Origin: Mytilus californianus
Taxonomy: Eukaryota
Direction: 5' to 3'
Length of the DNA: 64,000 nt
Assembly (NCBI RefSeq): GCF_021869535.1
Contig: NW_026262690.1
Location: 83,142,001 to 83,206,000, forward strand
In this document: positions 1-12,801 of the stretch, piece after piece
Layout: each line of letters opens with the position of its first letter
How positions within the stretch are numbered: the stretch's first letter is position 1
Notes under the pieces: model-generated
The model's input: the letters and a program-made list of their open reading frames with translations, nothing else
What the model was told of the DNA's origin: nothing
The model's database searches: none
Program-made: the position numbers and the translations under genes

Positions 1-522
1 TGGTTTTTTTTTACTCAGAAGGATAAACTTTAAAAACTAACTGGAATTTGAATACAAAAGAGATAGCTCACACTGTCGATTTGATAACAATTTCACATAT
101 AGTCGTTGTTTCAGAATGCTATTCGGTACTATACATTGTTGTTATAGGCAGTTTTGAAACAGCAATGCCAAATTTACAGTTTTCGTGAAATTTGGCATTG
201 AAGGACATTCTAAACCAACTTAAATGTATTTGTATTTGAAATATAAAACATGGTTTTACTTCCAATATAATTTAGGTTTTGGTGAAGAATGGCCTCCTTG
301 TTTATTTTTGTGTGAAATCCTTAATTGTACTATACCATTCTAACAAACATTTTCACATATCAACAGACCCATACAAATATACAACGAAAATCAAATGATG
401 CTCTTTTTGGTTAACCGTCAACTGTACACATGAATTGTGTCATGTCTTATCGCATCATAAGATAATTTAGTCGAGAAGACTGATCTAGTCACGCTTACAT
501 CAGATCATCATCGAAAGTCAAA

Positions 523-1482
523 ATGAAGGGTTGTCTAGCTCTTCTTTGTCTCCTTCCAATCTGTCTATCGGCTCCACTATCTGGTAAGCACATAAAATCT
601 ATATAATGAAGAGAATTTAAAGTTTGAATAGGATTTTCGTTTTGTGAAAATACAAGCCTTGGGTTTCGAATAACTTAGTAAAACTTCATGTTATTAAGAA
701 AGGCAGTCTGTAACTATAAACTTATTTAAAATTTGGAATACAAGTACTAATATTCAAGCAATATTATATTATAAAGTGTCCATACATACTGCTTATTATT
801 GGAGGGAGCGGTCTTTTAAATGATTGTCATTAGAGCAAAAGACGATTGGCTCGTGGTAATATTTCTGATTTCTTACCTCTCATAAATCTATTTGGAATAC
901 ACTACATATAAATTTTACGATTTCCTACTAAGAGACTTCCAGACTAAAGATAAAAGAAACATACAACTTGTTCGTAAAGATGCAATTATTTCAAACTAGT
1001 TTGTAAAATATGGTATTGTGAAAAAATATTTTTACAATGTATTATTGATTGTATAAATATATTCCGATTTAGATGGGACTTTTGACCCGAACGCTCTAAA
1101 CAAGGATTTTGGTACTGGTGGTTTCGCCGGCAGTGGTGGATTTGGAACTGGCACAGGTGGTAGTTTTAATCCAAACGCTTTGAACCAAAACTTCGGAGGA
1201 GGTGGATTCGGCTCCATGTCAACATTTGCCGCATCGACTGTTGCTCCTTCTGGGACAACTGAAACATTTGATCCTAATAAAGTAAACAACTTCGGTAGCG
1301 GAACTGGATTTGGAGGAAGTGGTTTCGGTACAGGAAGTGGAAGTGGAACTGGAGGTTTTGGTTCCGGAACTGGTTTCGGTAGTGGTGGAAGTGGAACTGG
1401 TACCTTTGACCCGAATAAACTTAATGGTGGTACTGGAAGTGGTACCTTTGATCCAAATAAGCTCAATAGTTTTGGAAAATAA
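523..1482 (+). CDS. Secreted Gly/Ser/Thr/Phe-rich FDPN-repeat protein 1 (156 aa, 2 exons: 523-583, 1073-1482)
   Basis: Exon 1 reads MKGCLALLCLLPICLSAPLS+G then gtaag at 584. The acceptor tttag ends at 1072. The phase-1 join gives ...APLSDGTFDPNALNKDFG..., in frame with track ORF 1180-1482. Five F[DN]PN motifs; ends NSFGK*; AATAAA at the stop. Confidence 0.88.
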
Positions 1483-1869
1483 ATAAATTAAAGTCATTGT
1501 TGTTACATATACATTTAAGATTATTTCATTTTTAAAGTTTGATTAGTTATAATATATTTAACAAGAGGTCATCGACATAAAGTTATGTAGTTCACAAATC
1601 AAAAATGAACTGACACACACCCGTTTTAGTTTAGAAACGCTATGGAAAGAATAACAAGTGTAACAACAGGGTAGGCTTCTCAAGATGAAATAACACCATT
1701 AGACTTTTGTTTTCGTGCTTGGTTGCTGTGTGTCGTGTTTGTTTTTCGTTTATTGTTTTGTCATAAAAAGGTTCAGGATATTTAATATAGCTAGCTTATT
1801 CCGTCTAATTTTTTTTTAGAGAAATGAACGCATGTTATATTCAAACTCATCACAGATACCAAAATTAAC

Positions 1870-2475
1870 ATTTTGTACGACAGATGCGCGTTTCGTCTAC
1901 AAAGACTCATCAGTGACGCTCGAATCAAAAATGTTAAAAAGGCTAAATAAAGTACGAAATTGAAGAGCATTGGAGACCCAAAATTCCGAAAGGTTTTTCC
2001 AAATACAGCTTAGTTAATGTTTTGTTAACAGTTTATTTATGATTATGACCATATCAAAGATAAATTTTCAAGTCAACACAGAAGTGCTGACTTCTGGGCT
2101 GGTGATATCCTTGGGAAGGAAACCTCCAACAGCAGTGGCATCCACCCATTGATGATCATTGATTCTAAATAAACTCATCATAGATTTCAGGATTGAAATT
2201 TTGTACGCCAGACGCACGTTCCAAATAAAGTAGCATCGAGGACCCCAAATTCCGAAAGGTTTTGCCAAATACATCTAAGGTAATCTATTCCTGGGGTAGA
2301 AAATCTTTAGTATTTCCTAAAATTCAAATTTGTAATAACAGTTAATTTATAATAATGACCATATCAATGATCATTTAGAAGTGCTGACTACTGGGATGGT
2401 GATACCCTCGGAGAGGATACATTCACCAGCAAAGGCATCGACCCAGTGGTTGAAAATAAAACTCATCATAGTATG
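1870..2475 (+). repeat. Interspersed repeat family C, two tandem degenerate copies
   Basis: The motif gactcatcagtgacgctcgaa..gaagagcattg..gacccaaaattccgaaaggttt..ctgactNctgggctggtgat recurs at about 14665, 15390 and 42690, and inverted at 4245-4400 and 35150-35565. Confidence 0.7.
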
Positions 2476-2669
2476 AGACCTTTTGTCAGCTTCCAAGTAA
2501 AACAAATTGGTTAAAATTAAACGTCGCACGGAGTGGCAGATTTCTCATCGAGGGGATGAGACATTTATTGGAAAAGATTAGTTTGCCTACAAGTCTGTCT
2601 CAAACTCTGTTCTTAATGGAAACAAGCTAATTTTAAATCAAAATGTGAATAACACATATCGTTACATTA

Positions 2670-3425
2670 TTAAACAAGATGAAATGCTATTGATTACTAA
2701 TGACCCCCCCCCCCCCCTCCATTATAAGTGTTCAAAACATAGGATTTGAATGAGCACTGGTTATAACACCACCTCACATAATATGATCGTATGAAGCGTG
2801 ATACCAGGAAGTTCTGATTTGTAGTTCATGAGAAAATTATGACGAACTATTCATATGAAGGCTATCATGTGAAAGAATTTAAAAGTATTTGGTAAACAAG
2901 AAGTTGATGAGCAGTGGTTGTCAAAACTCCCCATGTCGTATAGCATTCACAGAAAATTGGCACCCCTCCCCCCCCCCCCAAAAAAAAAAAAGAGTCCATG
3001 CTTTGGTATGGAAAACCCCAAAAATAATTAGAACCAAAAATTAGAATGGAAAATGCACATTATGTGGTAAAGGTTCTGAGAAAGTCTTATTAAATTACGA
3101 CGAGGGATTTTGGAGCAAAAGCGGATATAAATGTGTACTAAAGTGGCAAATAAGAAAAAGTCCCTGTCATCACAAAGCAAACCCATGAAAGCATTCAAAT
3201 GAAGAAATGAAATAGGATATGTAATTTACATCATGTCAGTAAGTTTCTGTGACAGTTTCACAAAATTTTGACATGCAGTTCTGGAACAGTTGTGGATATA
3301 AAAGTGTGATAGAAGAACGAACGAACGAACGGACGGACGGACGGACGGACGGAAGGACAAACGAACAAACTAACAGATGAACGCTCTCCCCGAACACTAT
3401 ATACAGCCCGCTTAAGCAAGCAGGA
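2670..3425 (+). mobile_element. HINE/pearl-like non-autonomous element (degenerate)
   Basis: Starts aaacaag, contains poly-C tracts and an (ACGA)n(ACGG)n microsatellite at about 3315-3360, and has an imperfect 3' hairpin. The layout matches better-preserved copies elsewhere in the window. Confidence 0.5.
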
Positions 3426-4709
3426 TTATGGTAAAAGAAAAGATGAAAAGGTATGACAAGACAGGAGAATTATGTCATTTTCCTGTAATTTCTGAGTCTA
3501 ATGGTCGTAATGAGGTAAAAAGTAGGTCAACTGAAACAAAATTCATTCTACATCTGTAATTAATAATGAAAACTATTCAATCTCAAATATAAGTACAATA
3601 TTGCAGCTGAAAACTGTCATTGCCATGAAATTATTATGTCGCGGGTAGCAGGGCCATAACTAAGTCACAGTAGGTTGATTATACCAAAACACATATAGGT
3701 AGTATATGTATGAGCCTCCTCATGGGATTTTTGATTATGTGATTACTTGGCCGTTTTTATAGTGATTATTTGATTACCAGACCAACTATTTCATGATTGT
3801 TTGATTATTTGATAATCTAGGACTGTATTTTTTATTATTTGATTATCTAATTTAAAAAAATAATTAATGATTATGTGATTATATTGGCAAAAAAATTGTG
3901 ATAACTTGGACACCCCCATGAGGGGCCTCATGTATATTGTAACTACAAGTATATATAATTTAAAATTAAAAACAAAACATGAATAACCATTAAAAATTAC
4001 TATTTTGTCGCGTTTTATCACAAGTCAGTCTAGCTAGCGTCAGTCTATTCATAGTAACGGTGGTAAAGAGTGTTTGCTTGTGGTATCATAGGTTGCAATT
4101 TTAAAAATAGACCAAACCATGATGATACTTTGAAAATGGTGGCAGGTATACGAATGAATTTCACAAGACAAATACTATGAGTGATGACTCATTACCTTAA
4201 ATATGGTCTCTTCAGCTACAAAATGAAAATAACTTTATAAAGTGTGTGCGTCCGAGGCGCTTTTCTTGATTTACCTTCATCAGGAACCCCCAAACCTAAA
4301 TATTTCAAAGCTAGGCCTGTATAAATATAAATACTAGAAACTATAGAAGCTATCTGACCAAAAGGGACCAGTCCCCTAATATAATAGCTAATTTATCTAA
4401 GATGAAGTTTGTCTGTGGGAGTTGGAACCCTTAGTTTCTTTATATTTTTTATTTGTCAAGAGGGTTTTAGAACAGTTATAATACGTATTTAGAACAAACT
4501 GTTAAAATAATAAGAACTGGGCATTTAGTAATGCATATCAAATGAAATTTAAAAATACAACAGGTTTCATATAATCTTTAATAACGACTGATAAAAGACA
4601 AAAATAACAAATAATTTAATGTGTTGAACACGTGTCTGACTGCGACCTGATGATAATCTCTCTGTCTTATCTGGCAAACGTACCAGCAGGTGGAATTCAA
4701 CGACGAGAC

Positions 4710-6358
4710 ATGTTTGCTAAAATGAATATGTTAATATTATTAACTGTTTTTATTCCAACATGTTATTGTGGTAAGATTATATTTTCTTTATTAAATGCAC
4801 AAACACAACAATAGAAATATGTTAAAGGGTTCAAATTCATGATCGATTCCCTAAAAGGTTGGTATTTAGTTATTACGTTTTCGATCATAGGCGAAATGTT
4901 GGAAAAGGGTGGGGGGGGGGGGGTTGATTTCACTGATTATACCTTCTTGTCGATCTTTAAAATAAGCCTAATAGGTTATATTCATTGACAAGCTGTTTTT
5001 AAAATAGATTTCATCAATTTTTTTCTTAATTTTGATAGATCAGTAAACCCAATGCTTTTTTTAATATTAGCTGGTCGAACCCACCATCTAAAATCAAAAT
5101 CTTCGGAAACTGCCATTAACAAGTCAAGAATATGACAGTTGTTTCCAATTCGTTCCGTTGGTTGATAAAGTCACACGTTTGATTTTGTCAGATATTATGG
5201 ACTTGCCCTAATTTTAATTTATCTTGAAGTTCCGAATTTTTGTTATAACTTTTTATCAATTGGTCTAACGGCTAAGTGTTTTCTTTTTTCTGGATCTTCG
5301 ATTTTCTTAAATTGTTTTGGGGTTAGTATATTTGTAGCTTCTTATTCCTTTACATTTTTGAAAATGGTCATTTCTCTTCAGGTAAGCCGAAACTCAGAGA
5401 AATAAAAAAAGAAAGCCACCAGAAATAAAAGTTCGATTATCAAATGCAGGCTTAACTATGCATGTTTCTTTTCAAAAAGCGCTGAAAAAACATGTTGTTT
5501 TCTTGATCATTTGTCTCTTTTAAATAGTCTTGAATTATGCTTTTGTTTTGCCTGTCATTTTTTTAAACAGTGCTTAATCGAATTTTAATGCTATATGTGT
5601 TTGTAACGTGCATTTTGATTTGATAACACTTATATTTCAGGGCATCAATTCCACGATTGATGGTATGAAATTGTTCATGATTTTACAATTATGTTTTCTT
5701 TCAGCTGCATATAATTGAGGTACAGTATTTCATTTGAAGATTTGCGGACATCAATTTTTGATATGAAAGTTGCAAATATCCGATAACTTTCACAGCTTAC
5801 TTTGGAAGTTGCAAATATCTGATAACTTACGCAGCTTACTACATGTCACCTCCATTTCAGACAGCCATGCAGTTTTTGCTCGCTTATCTTAAAATACAAA
5901 ACTACAAATAGCTGTGGCATATGATTTTTTCTCCAAAATATCATCTAAAAACGAAAAATAACAAACTACTTTTAAGTACTTGTTATAAGGTAGAGTTAAC
6001 TTTTTTTTGTAATTCTATCCATATACTGTAATATACTATTTTTCTATTTGTAGCTTCCTTGAGCTTATTCAATGCAAATGGCACAGCAAGTTTCAATCCT
6101 AGTCAGATGTCAGCTGGTCAGTTTAGTCCAAACTCTGGAGCTGGAACATTTGACCCAAATAAATTAGGAGCTGGATCCTTCAACCCTAATAGTCTTGGAT
6201 CAGGAAGTTTTAATCCAAACAGTGTCGGATCCGGAAGCTTTAATCCAAACTCTATGGGAGCGGGATCGTTCTCTCCAAATAGTATGGGATCAGGCACATT
6301 CGATCCGAACAAGGCCCCATCTGCAAACTTTGATCCAAATAAGTTTGGAAAGAAATAA
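4710..6358 (+). CDS. Secreted FxPN decapeptide-repeat protein 2 (121 aa, 2 exons: 4710-4770, 6054-6358)
   Basis: Exon 1 reads MFAKMNMLILLTVFIPTCYC+G then gtaag at 4771. The acceptor tttgtag ends at 6053. The phase-1 join gives ...CYCASLSLFNANG..., in frame with ORF 6059-6358. Nine FxP[NS] motifs, mostly at 10-aa period; ends FDPNKFGKK*. Confidence 0.88.
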
Positions 6359-6964
6359 AAGCATAACATATCATTTGCAATGATGTTTCTTTTATTAACG
6401 GTATACGGTAACGGTATATTTCAATCATGGAGTTAAATCCCTCGGTCATTATTGTATGTTTAAGAAACCTGCCATGTTTAGTAGATGAGATCTTACGAAC
6501 TATTTTCTGCATAAAATCACACTAGGGAAACAATCAAAATCTAAAATTGAATATTTTTACAACTAAAATCAATTGACCATGTACATGGCAAATATCTTAC
6601 GATTTAAAGAAAAGGATTTTCGTATGCCTTACATGCGTTTTAAGGTAGTTTCAATACATTTATTCCAAATGGTGAAATTTTTTTTTTAATTGTTCTTGGT
6701 TTCACCAAATCATACATATTTCTTACACTTACAATAATGTACCATTTTTATAGATATCAACTTCTAAAATCAATTATCTTAAATCGGATTTTGAGTTAAA
6801 TGTCGCTGATCTCTATTCTTTCCTCCCATCCTCCCTCCCCAAAACTTTTTACTTATATCAGATCTGACAAAGAATATATCTGAAATACGTGAGTAAATAG
6901 GACACGATTCCAGAAAAAATCTTAACATCTCAATCTTAACTGAATTAGACTTATCATCGAATTT

Positions 6965-7535
6965 GTACTAACACGAGCAACACAACGGGTGTCACATGTG
7001 GAGCAAGATCTGCTTACCATTTAGGAGCACCTGATGTCATCCCTTGTTTTGTTTAAAAGGGCCTCGTGTTTCTCTTGCTTTAATTTTGAGTGATGTTCTT
7101 TGTGTTTTTTTAATTTTTCAATGTCTTTGTTGTTTCTACTGGTCACAATCTTTTCTATCCTACTGTCTTGAAAAACCTGTTACAATTTCACATTTGGCAA
7201 AGATTCAGGGTTAGAAAATTTACATGACCGATGGTTTACGAATTTAACGATGTCTTTGGGGCTAGATAAAATCAATTAATTCACTATTGCGTGATGCCTT
7301 ATCTCTTGATATAACTTATCACTATGTTTTATAGGAGTTACACGACAGTTGTCACATGTGGAACAGGAGCTTTTGCTAACCCTTCCGGAGCAACTGGGGA
7401 TTTTTGGCAGTGTTCGTATTGCTCAGTCTTCAGTGTTCTATTTTCTGTTTTGTAGACTGTTGTCGTTTTTCGTTTTTTACCATGGCATTGTCAGTTTATC
7501 TTCTACTTAAGAGTTTTGATATCCCTTAAGTGTCT
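6965..7535 (+). repeat. Interspersed repeat family D (two copies; third at 20480-20715)
   Basis: Shared text gtcacatgtggagcaggatctgcttacccttccggagcacctga..gtgttcgt[ag]ttgctcagtcttc..ccatggc[ag]ttgtca at about 6990, 7350 and 20495. Confidence 0.7.
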
Positions 7536-8818
7536 TTCTTATCTCGTTAACAGCTGCCAATACGGCGTCGATATCGGTCATTCGGTATATCGAGAAAATT
7601 ATCGTGAAAGAATAAGTAATAGTGGTAAAGCATTGCGAATGGATCGTGAAAGATCTGGTATAGGATTGTGAATGAAATCTTATCGAGAAGACACATGCAA
7701 CGTCAGTAAAAAATCTAATTTAATCAATTATAATGACAAATATTGGAAAAATAAAACTGTCTGTCAAATTGGTTCAACATTATGATCAGTATACGAGAAA
7801 AATCAATTCTTAAAGTACACCGTTTTTGCAAAACTACAAAAGGCTGATTGCTCATCGAAATTTCAGAGAAATTAAAATGTAAACAAACATGATTTTTTTT
7901 TCAAATTTTTCATAGAGGCCCCAAAAAAGACAAGTGTAAAACCATTCAAACAGGAAAACCCGGTCTAATCTATATAAAAAACGAGAATGAGACACACTTA
8001 TGAACCACATCAACAAACGACAACCACTGAACATCAGGTTCCTGACTTATGACAGGTGCAAACAAATGCAGCGGGTTTAAACGTTTTAATAGGCGCCAAC
8101 CTTCACCCTACCTTAAACAATAGTGTTACATCACAACATAGAAAGACACACTGTAAAATATCAATTGAAATGGCTTAACTCAATCAAAAGACATATTAAC
8201 AAAAACACGTGAACATACACTGAACGAATAAATTTGATCTATGACACAATGTAAATACAAAATTAATAAAGCAAGGGGGTTAGATGTAAAACAATATCAG
8301 AAAGACGATCATAACCGTTACCTTGGACAAAATGCCGCCCAATAAAATAACGTACACAGGTAAATAAAAATAAGTTTGTTGTAAGGTATACAGTCATGGA
8401 GTACGAAAATAAATTTTACAAAATAAATAATTTTGTTGTTCCTAGTACGAGAACAAAAGTGAAAATTTATCGTCATACTAAACACTTAACAAAGATGGTA
8501 TATATTAAAAATAGTGAGACTAGATATAACACTGAATAAGTAAACATTAAATAACAAAAATACATTACACATTGTATCAACAGGTCAAATTAACACGAAA
8601 ATACGATTTGAGAGTACTCGCAGTTTAAAAGTAAAAAAAAATTAATAATAAAAAAATCATGCATCAGAGACTAAAATCAACTAAAACACATCCCAGGGAT
8701 TTAGTGTTTTAACGTCATGGACAGTCAAGGAAGACATGACTTGTGCAAAGCCAAAATAAATGTATCGACAGGCAGTAGGATAGTTAGGAGTTAACCTGTT
8801 AATAAATATGTATAATGT

Positions 8819-8850
8819 AATATATATATATATATATAGATAGATAGAGT
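8819..8850. repeat. (TA)n/(TAGA)n microsatellite
   Basis: Directly visible tatatatatatatatatatagatagatag. Confidence 0.9.
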
Positions 8851-10224
8851 AATCTCTATATAGAAAATGAACGTGGATGTGTATTTATACATCCCAAAAA
8901 TACGTTTGAAAAGAATACAAATTTAGTTATGTTTTAATTTGCTGATGACAAAATCGATATTTGTGCCAAGGTAAACTATATTAAAAGATCTAATTACAAC
9001 ATTGGTAAGATAACCTTTATTAATAAGTTTGTTTAAAGGTTCATACATAAACTACTTTTCTCTTAAAAATATCGTTCAATATTACTATTTGAAATAGTTT
9101 TTAAATTTATTTTGATTTAGTCTAATCAAAAACTTTGCAAAAATGGTAATATTTGTAAAAAAATTATATTCCGGATCGTGAAAGATCGAGTACCGTATTT
9201 TGATGATCGTGAAAAGGATCGTGAAAGATCTGTTGCCTCTTATTCGTTATTGCACGAAAACGAACAAATCTGTCTTTAAACAAACGATAATTTATATTGG
9301 TCACATTCCAATATATCATGACATATTTGAAACTTAATCTTTATGGTGTCAGATAGTCCAGTAAAATATTTTTTTTGTAATTTATATATATATATATATA
9401 CAAGTCTAAATTGAAAACAACGTTCAAACCTATGATTGCGTTGGGTAAAAACAGCAATTTTAAGAGTGAAAAAATATATTTTAACAAAACGCATTTGACT
9501 AACAGGTCGAACAACTGATGTTCTTAAACCCTGCTGTTTGCCATTGACGATTGCCAAACAAATTGATCACAAGGTGTAACAAAATGGATCTCTATATTAA
9601 TTTAATACCAAGTAGAAAACAATAAACTTGCGGCAAAGATGGTAAACCACAACATGAGGTGCTAAATTTTTTACACCATATCCGGATTTCGACAATTAAT
9701 GTCTCTTCAGTGATGTTAGGGATCGAAAAGTATTTGGAAGGCCATTTAATTTACCTCAATTTAGGATAGACTCTTGAATTTTAAAGAGTCAAAATAGGAT
9801 GAACGGATTATATAAACCGGAGGGAAAATATAATACAAGCCCAAACGAAATAAATATAAACAAGTCTAAATTGAAAAAAACGTTCAAACCTATGATATAT
9901 ATATCCATATTTAGACCTGTTTTCATTTAAGAGACAATGCTACATGTAACTAGGCATCCAAGATAATAAGACCTCCAGGAGTGTAAATTGTCGAAAAGTA
10001 AATATCTTTGTATATGCATATAATGGTAAATGCATCCACGAATAAATGAAGCGAGAGGAGGTCTGGTCTTCCGCTGAAAATATCTTTATGTGTACGTTTT
10101 TGTTTTTGTAAAGAGTAAGGCAAAGAAGCTATCTCATTTGATTTTACATACATGTGTATCGAAGATGTTCTTTTCATTAACAATACAAATTTTCAGTCTG
10201 ATTGGGTCCAATAAATAGTCATGA

Positions 10225-10570
10225 ACCAGAGATTACAGACACCACATTTACAGCTTCCGTGGCCTCATTTTGGACATATACCCCTATTTTGACTACAGCG
10301 GTCATCTCAATACCAGCGTCATTGACAAACGAGATGATTTCAATTATGAAAATTAATTATAATTTTTCCTCATCTTAGCAGATTTACCTACTTCATCAGC
10401 GTATGGAGTATATATTTCTCAGTTCATATGATTTTCAGGAGCTTGCATCTGCAACTCAGAGTTTGTAAAATGCTTTCATTGCATGAGCAAAAATTAATGA
10501 ACCAGGGTTTGGTGAAAGAACGTCTTGTAACGAGTTTCAAAGTTGTGTGCACGATTTTTCAAATTAGTGC
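10225..10570 (+). pseudogene. Decayed reverse transcriptase fragment (Penelope-like type, C-terminal part)
   Basis: Frameshifted translation gives EITDTT..., DKRDDF, AYGVYISQF, KLMNQG. These are the same blocks as the longer relic at 46790-47690. Confidence 0.65.
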
Positions 10571-11009
10571 GCACCAGATTAAATCTCCGGTAAACGAAAA
10601 TATTTATATTTACATGACACTTAAGGTGCTCCGTAATTATGCTTTACCATACTGACTGTACTATCAACTACAAACACATTTTGTTGGTGTCTTTGTTTGA
10701 TCTAATTGTTAATTTAGTGTGTTTGAACGTTTAATTCAGCTGTGTTGTATATCTGTGGTGTATGTTTACACAATTTTGACTGCTGGATCCCAGATATGGC
10801 CACGTTAACCAATTAAGTCTATGTGGGTTGCTCACCTAATTTGGTAATATAACCATTAAAGATACAAAACGTGATTTTTTCTTAATGGTTCGCTAGGATT
10901 TTGTCGCCTTTTGTGTTTTCTTAAAAAGTACTTGGTGCATAGTATTATTAAAGAAGTTGAATCATTTTGACAGACATATATTTTTTTTCTAATTTGTTGT
11001 TCCACCTTA

Positions 11010-11442
11010 TAATTACATTACATGTATGTTTCATTATAATACGTTATTTTGATTGTCTAACAGCAATCTCGCGTCTGAAATGCACTTTGGTCAACGCTTT
11101 TTGTAAATTTATTGGGGTGTAAAAGCGTTGACCGAAGTACATTTTGTATGAAGCGCGGAAGCGCTTCATTCTAAAAATGTGCGCACGGTCAACTCTTTTA
11201 CAACCCTATGAAATTACTAAAAGAAGCATTCAATACTTCAATTACATTTTTTTGCTAGGATCATGAAAACACGATTTCTATCAAGTTTTTCTTTTATTTA
11301 CCTGTGCACTTTATTGTAGAAGCTCGTGTCGTTACATTTCATTTTGAAATTTTGAAATGAAGGTTAATTTCAGAATGACGCGAGATTGCTGTTAGCCAAT
11401 CAAAATAACGTATTATAATGAAACATACATGTAATGTAATTA
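11010..11442. mobile_element. MITE with ~66-bp terminal inverted repeats and internal palindromes
   Basis: taattacattacatgtatgtttcattataatacgttattttgattg[t/g]ctaacagcaatctcgcgtc at 11010-11075 is inverted at 11378-11442 with one mismatch. Internal inverted aaaagcgttgacc/ggtcaacgctttt blocks. Confidence 0.85.
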
Positions 11443-12801
11443 TTTCTTAAATGAAAATACAGTAGATTTTTCATAGATTTTGAAGTAGAATTACACTTAA
11501 TTGCTTTCACGAACCAATCGCAATGATTGACCACGGCACCGTTAATTATTCTTTCACGATCATTTTTCTCAATATACGGATTGACACCCGTGATATGGTA
11601 TCCCTTAAGAAAAGATTAATCTTAAAATGAAAATACTCGAAAGTCATGAACATTTCAGTACATATTATAATCAACTTTAGTGGTGAGATCGGAGTATCGC
11701 TGGTGTTATTGCTCCCGGTAATCTAGACAATTTTAAAATAAAATAAAAAGAGAGTAATCGATTTTGCAACACTTTTCGTTAGAATAACGCGGAATACAGG
11801 TTGTCAATTAAACTCCATTTAACGTCAAATATGAATCAAATTACAATCGTTGTTATAATTTTAATTTGGGCTTTTAATTAATTATGATATTTTCTCTACC
11901 TAAAACGAAATATTTAAAAGTATAAAAGGTTTAAACATTAAAGGTTTCATCACAATTGAATATCTATGAGGTGTAATTTGGGTTATAATTCTCATACAAT
12001 TATCTAAATAATTATTATGTATTATGAAGTCATTTATAATACAGTTTAATAGTGTATGCATAAAGCATGTATGCATTCTATAGAAATCTTTTTTTTTACA
12101 ATAGGAAGTTAAAAAATGACAATAACACTTTCTAAATTTGGTGCGTGTGAATTGCTTTCAAGAAGTTGAAATAATCATAAAAGATGATTTCTTTTTATTA
12201 CAGCGGATGACTTAGGTTGGGCCTCGATGGTGCAGATTGTGAAGAAGGAATCCGGTCTAGATTATCCCGACTAAAAAAGCTTCTACTTCTAATTTGAAAA
12301 TGGGTTCATAGACCAAAATGTTGTGTTTAGCACCAGTGCTGCCAAAAGCTTAGCTAGAAGTCTACAATGCACAGGTGTAGCTTTATCGAGAGAAAAAAGC
12401 AAAAGATTCCTCCGTACTGCCTACTGGTGCTAAGGACAATCTTTAAATTTCAGCGCAGTGTATGCTTTGATGAGTGTTGAAAACCTCATTGTTAACTTAA
12501 CATGAAAAACAACAATGAAAGCTTCTGGGTGTGCCGAGTATGTTTAGCGATTTTGCATCATGGATTTATACACCATATCCCTTCTTTTCCGTTCTAAATT
12601 TGGAACGAAAATTTCTGACGACCTTAGATAACCGATTTAACTTACTTTTTTTCAAATGCACGACATGGAAGTTGAAATATAAATGAATGATATTATAGAC
12701 CACTAGGCCAGCAGCTTTGACAGCTGCAAAGATTATTTTACAACCATTAAAGATACTAGTATTTTCATGTTTTTACTATTGTTCCTGGATAGACTTGAAA
12801 G

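Larger units (their letters stand above)
7577..11586. mobile_element. Possible decayed ~4-kb DNA transposon defined by ~40-bp imperfect inverted ends
   Basis: gtcattcggtatatcgagaaaattatcgtgaaagaataa at about 7577-7615 is inverted as ttattctttcacgatcatttttctcaatatacggattgac at about 11546-11586. gatcgtgaaaga motifs repeat internally (7640, 9175-9230). Confidence 0.4.

Noticed and set aside
1073-1482. FG-nucleoporin assignment
   Set aside because: The signal-peptide exon and small size indicate secretion; no nucleoporin structured domain is present.
1032-1497. Minus-strand Pro/Leu-rich and Thr/Ser-rich ORFs (1032-1466, 1219-1497), and similar ones at 6118-6369, 17528-17743, 17864-18190 and 18358-18768
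   Set aside because: These are antisense or alternate-frame shadows of the Gly/Ser codon repeats of the real plus-strand genes. They have no supporting splice or start context.
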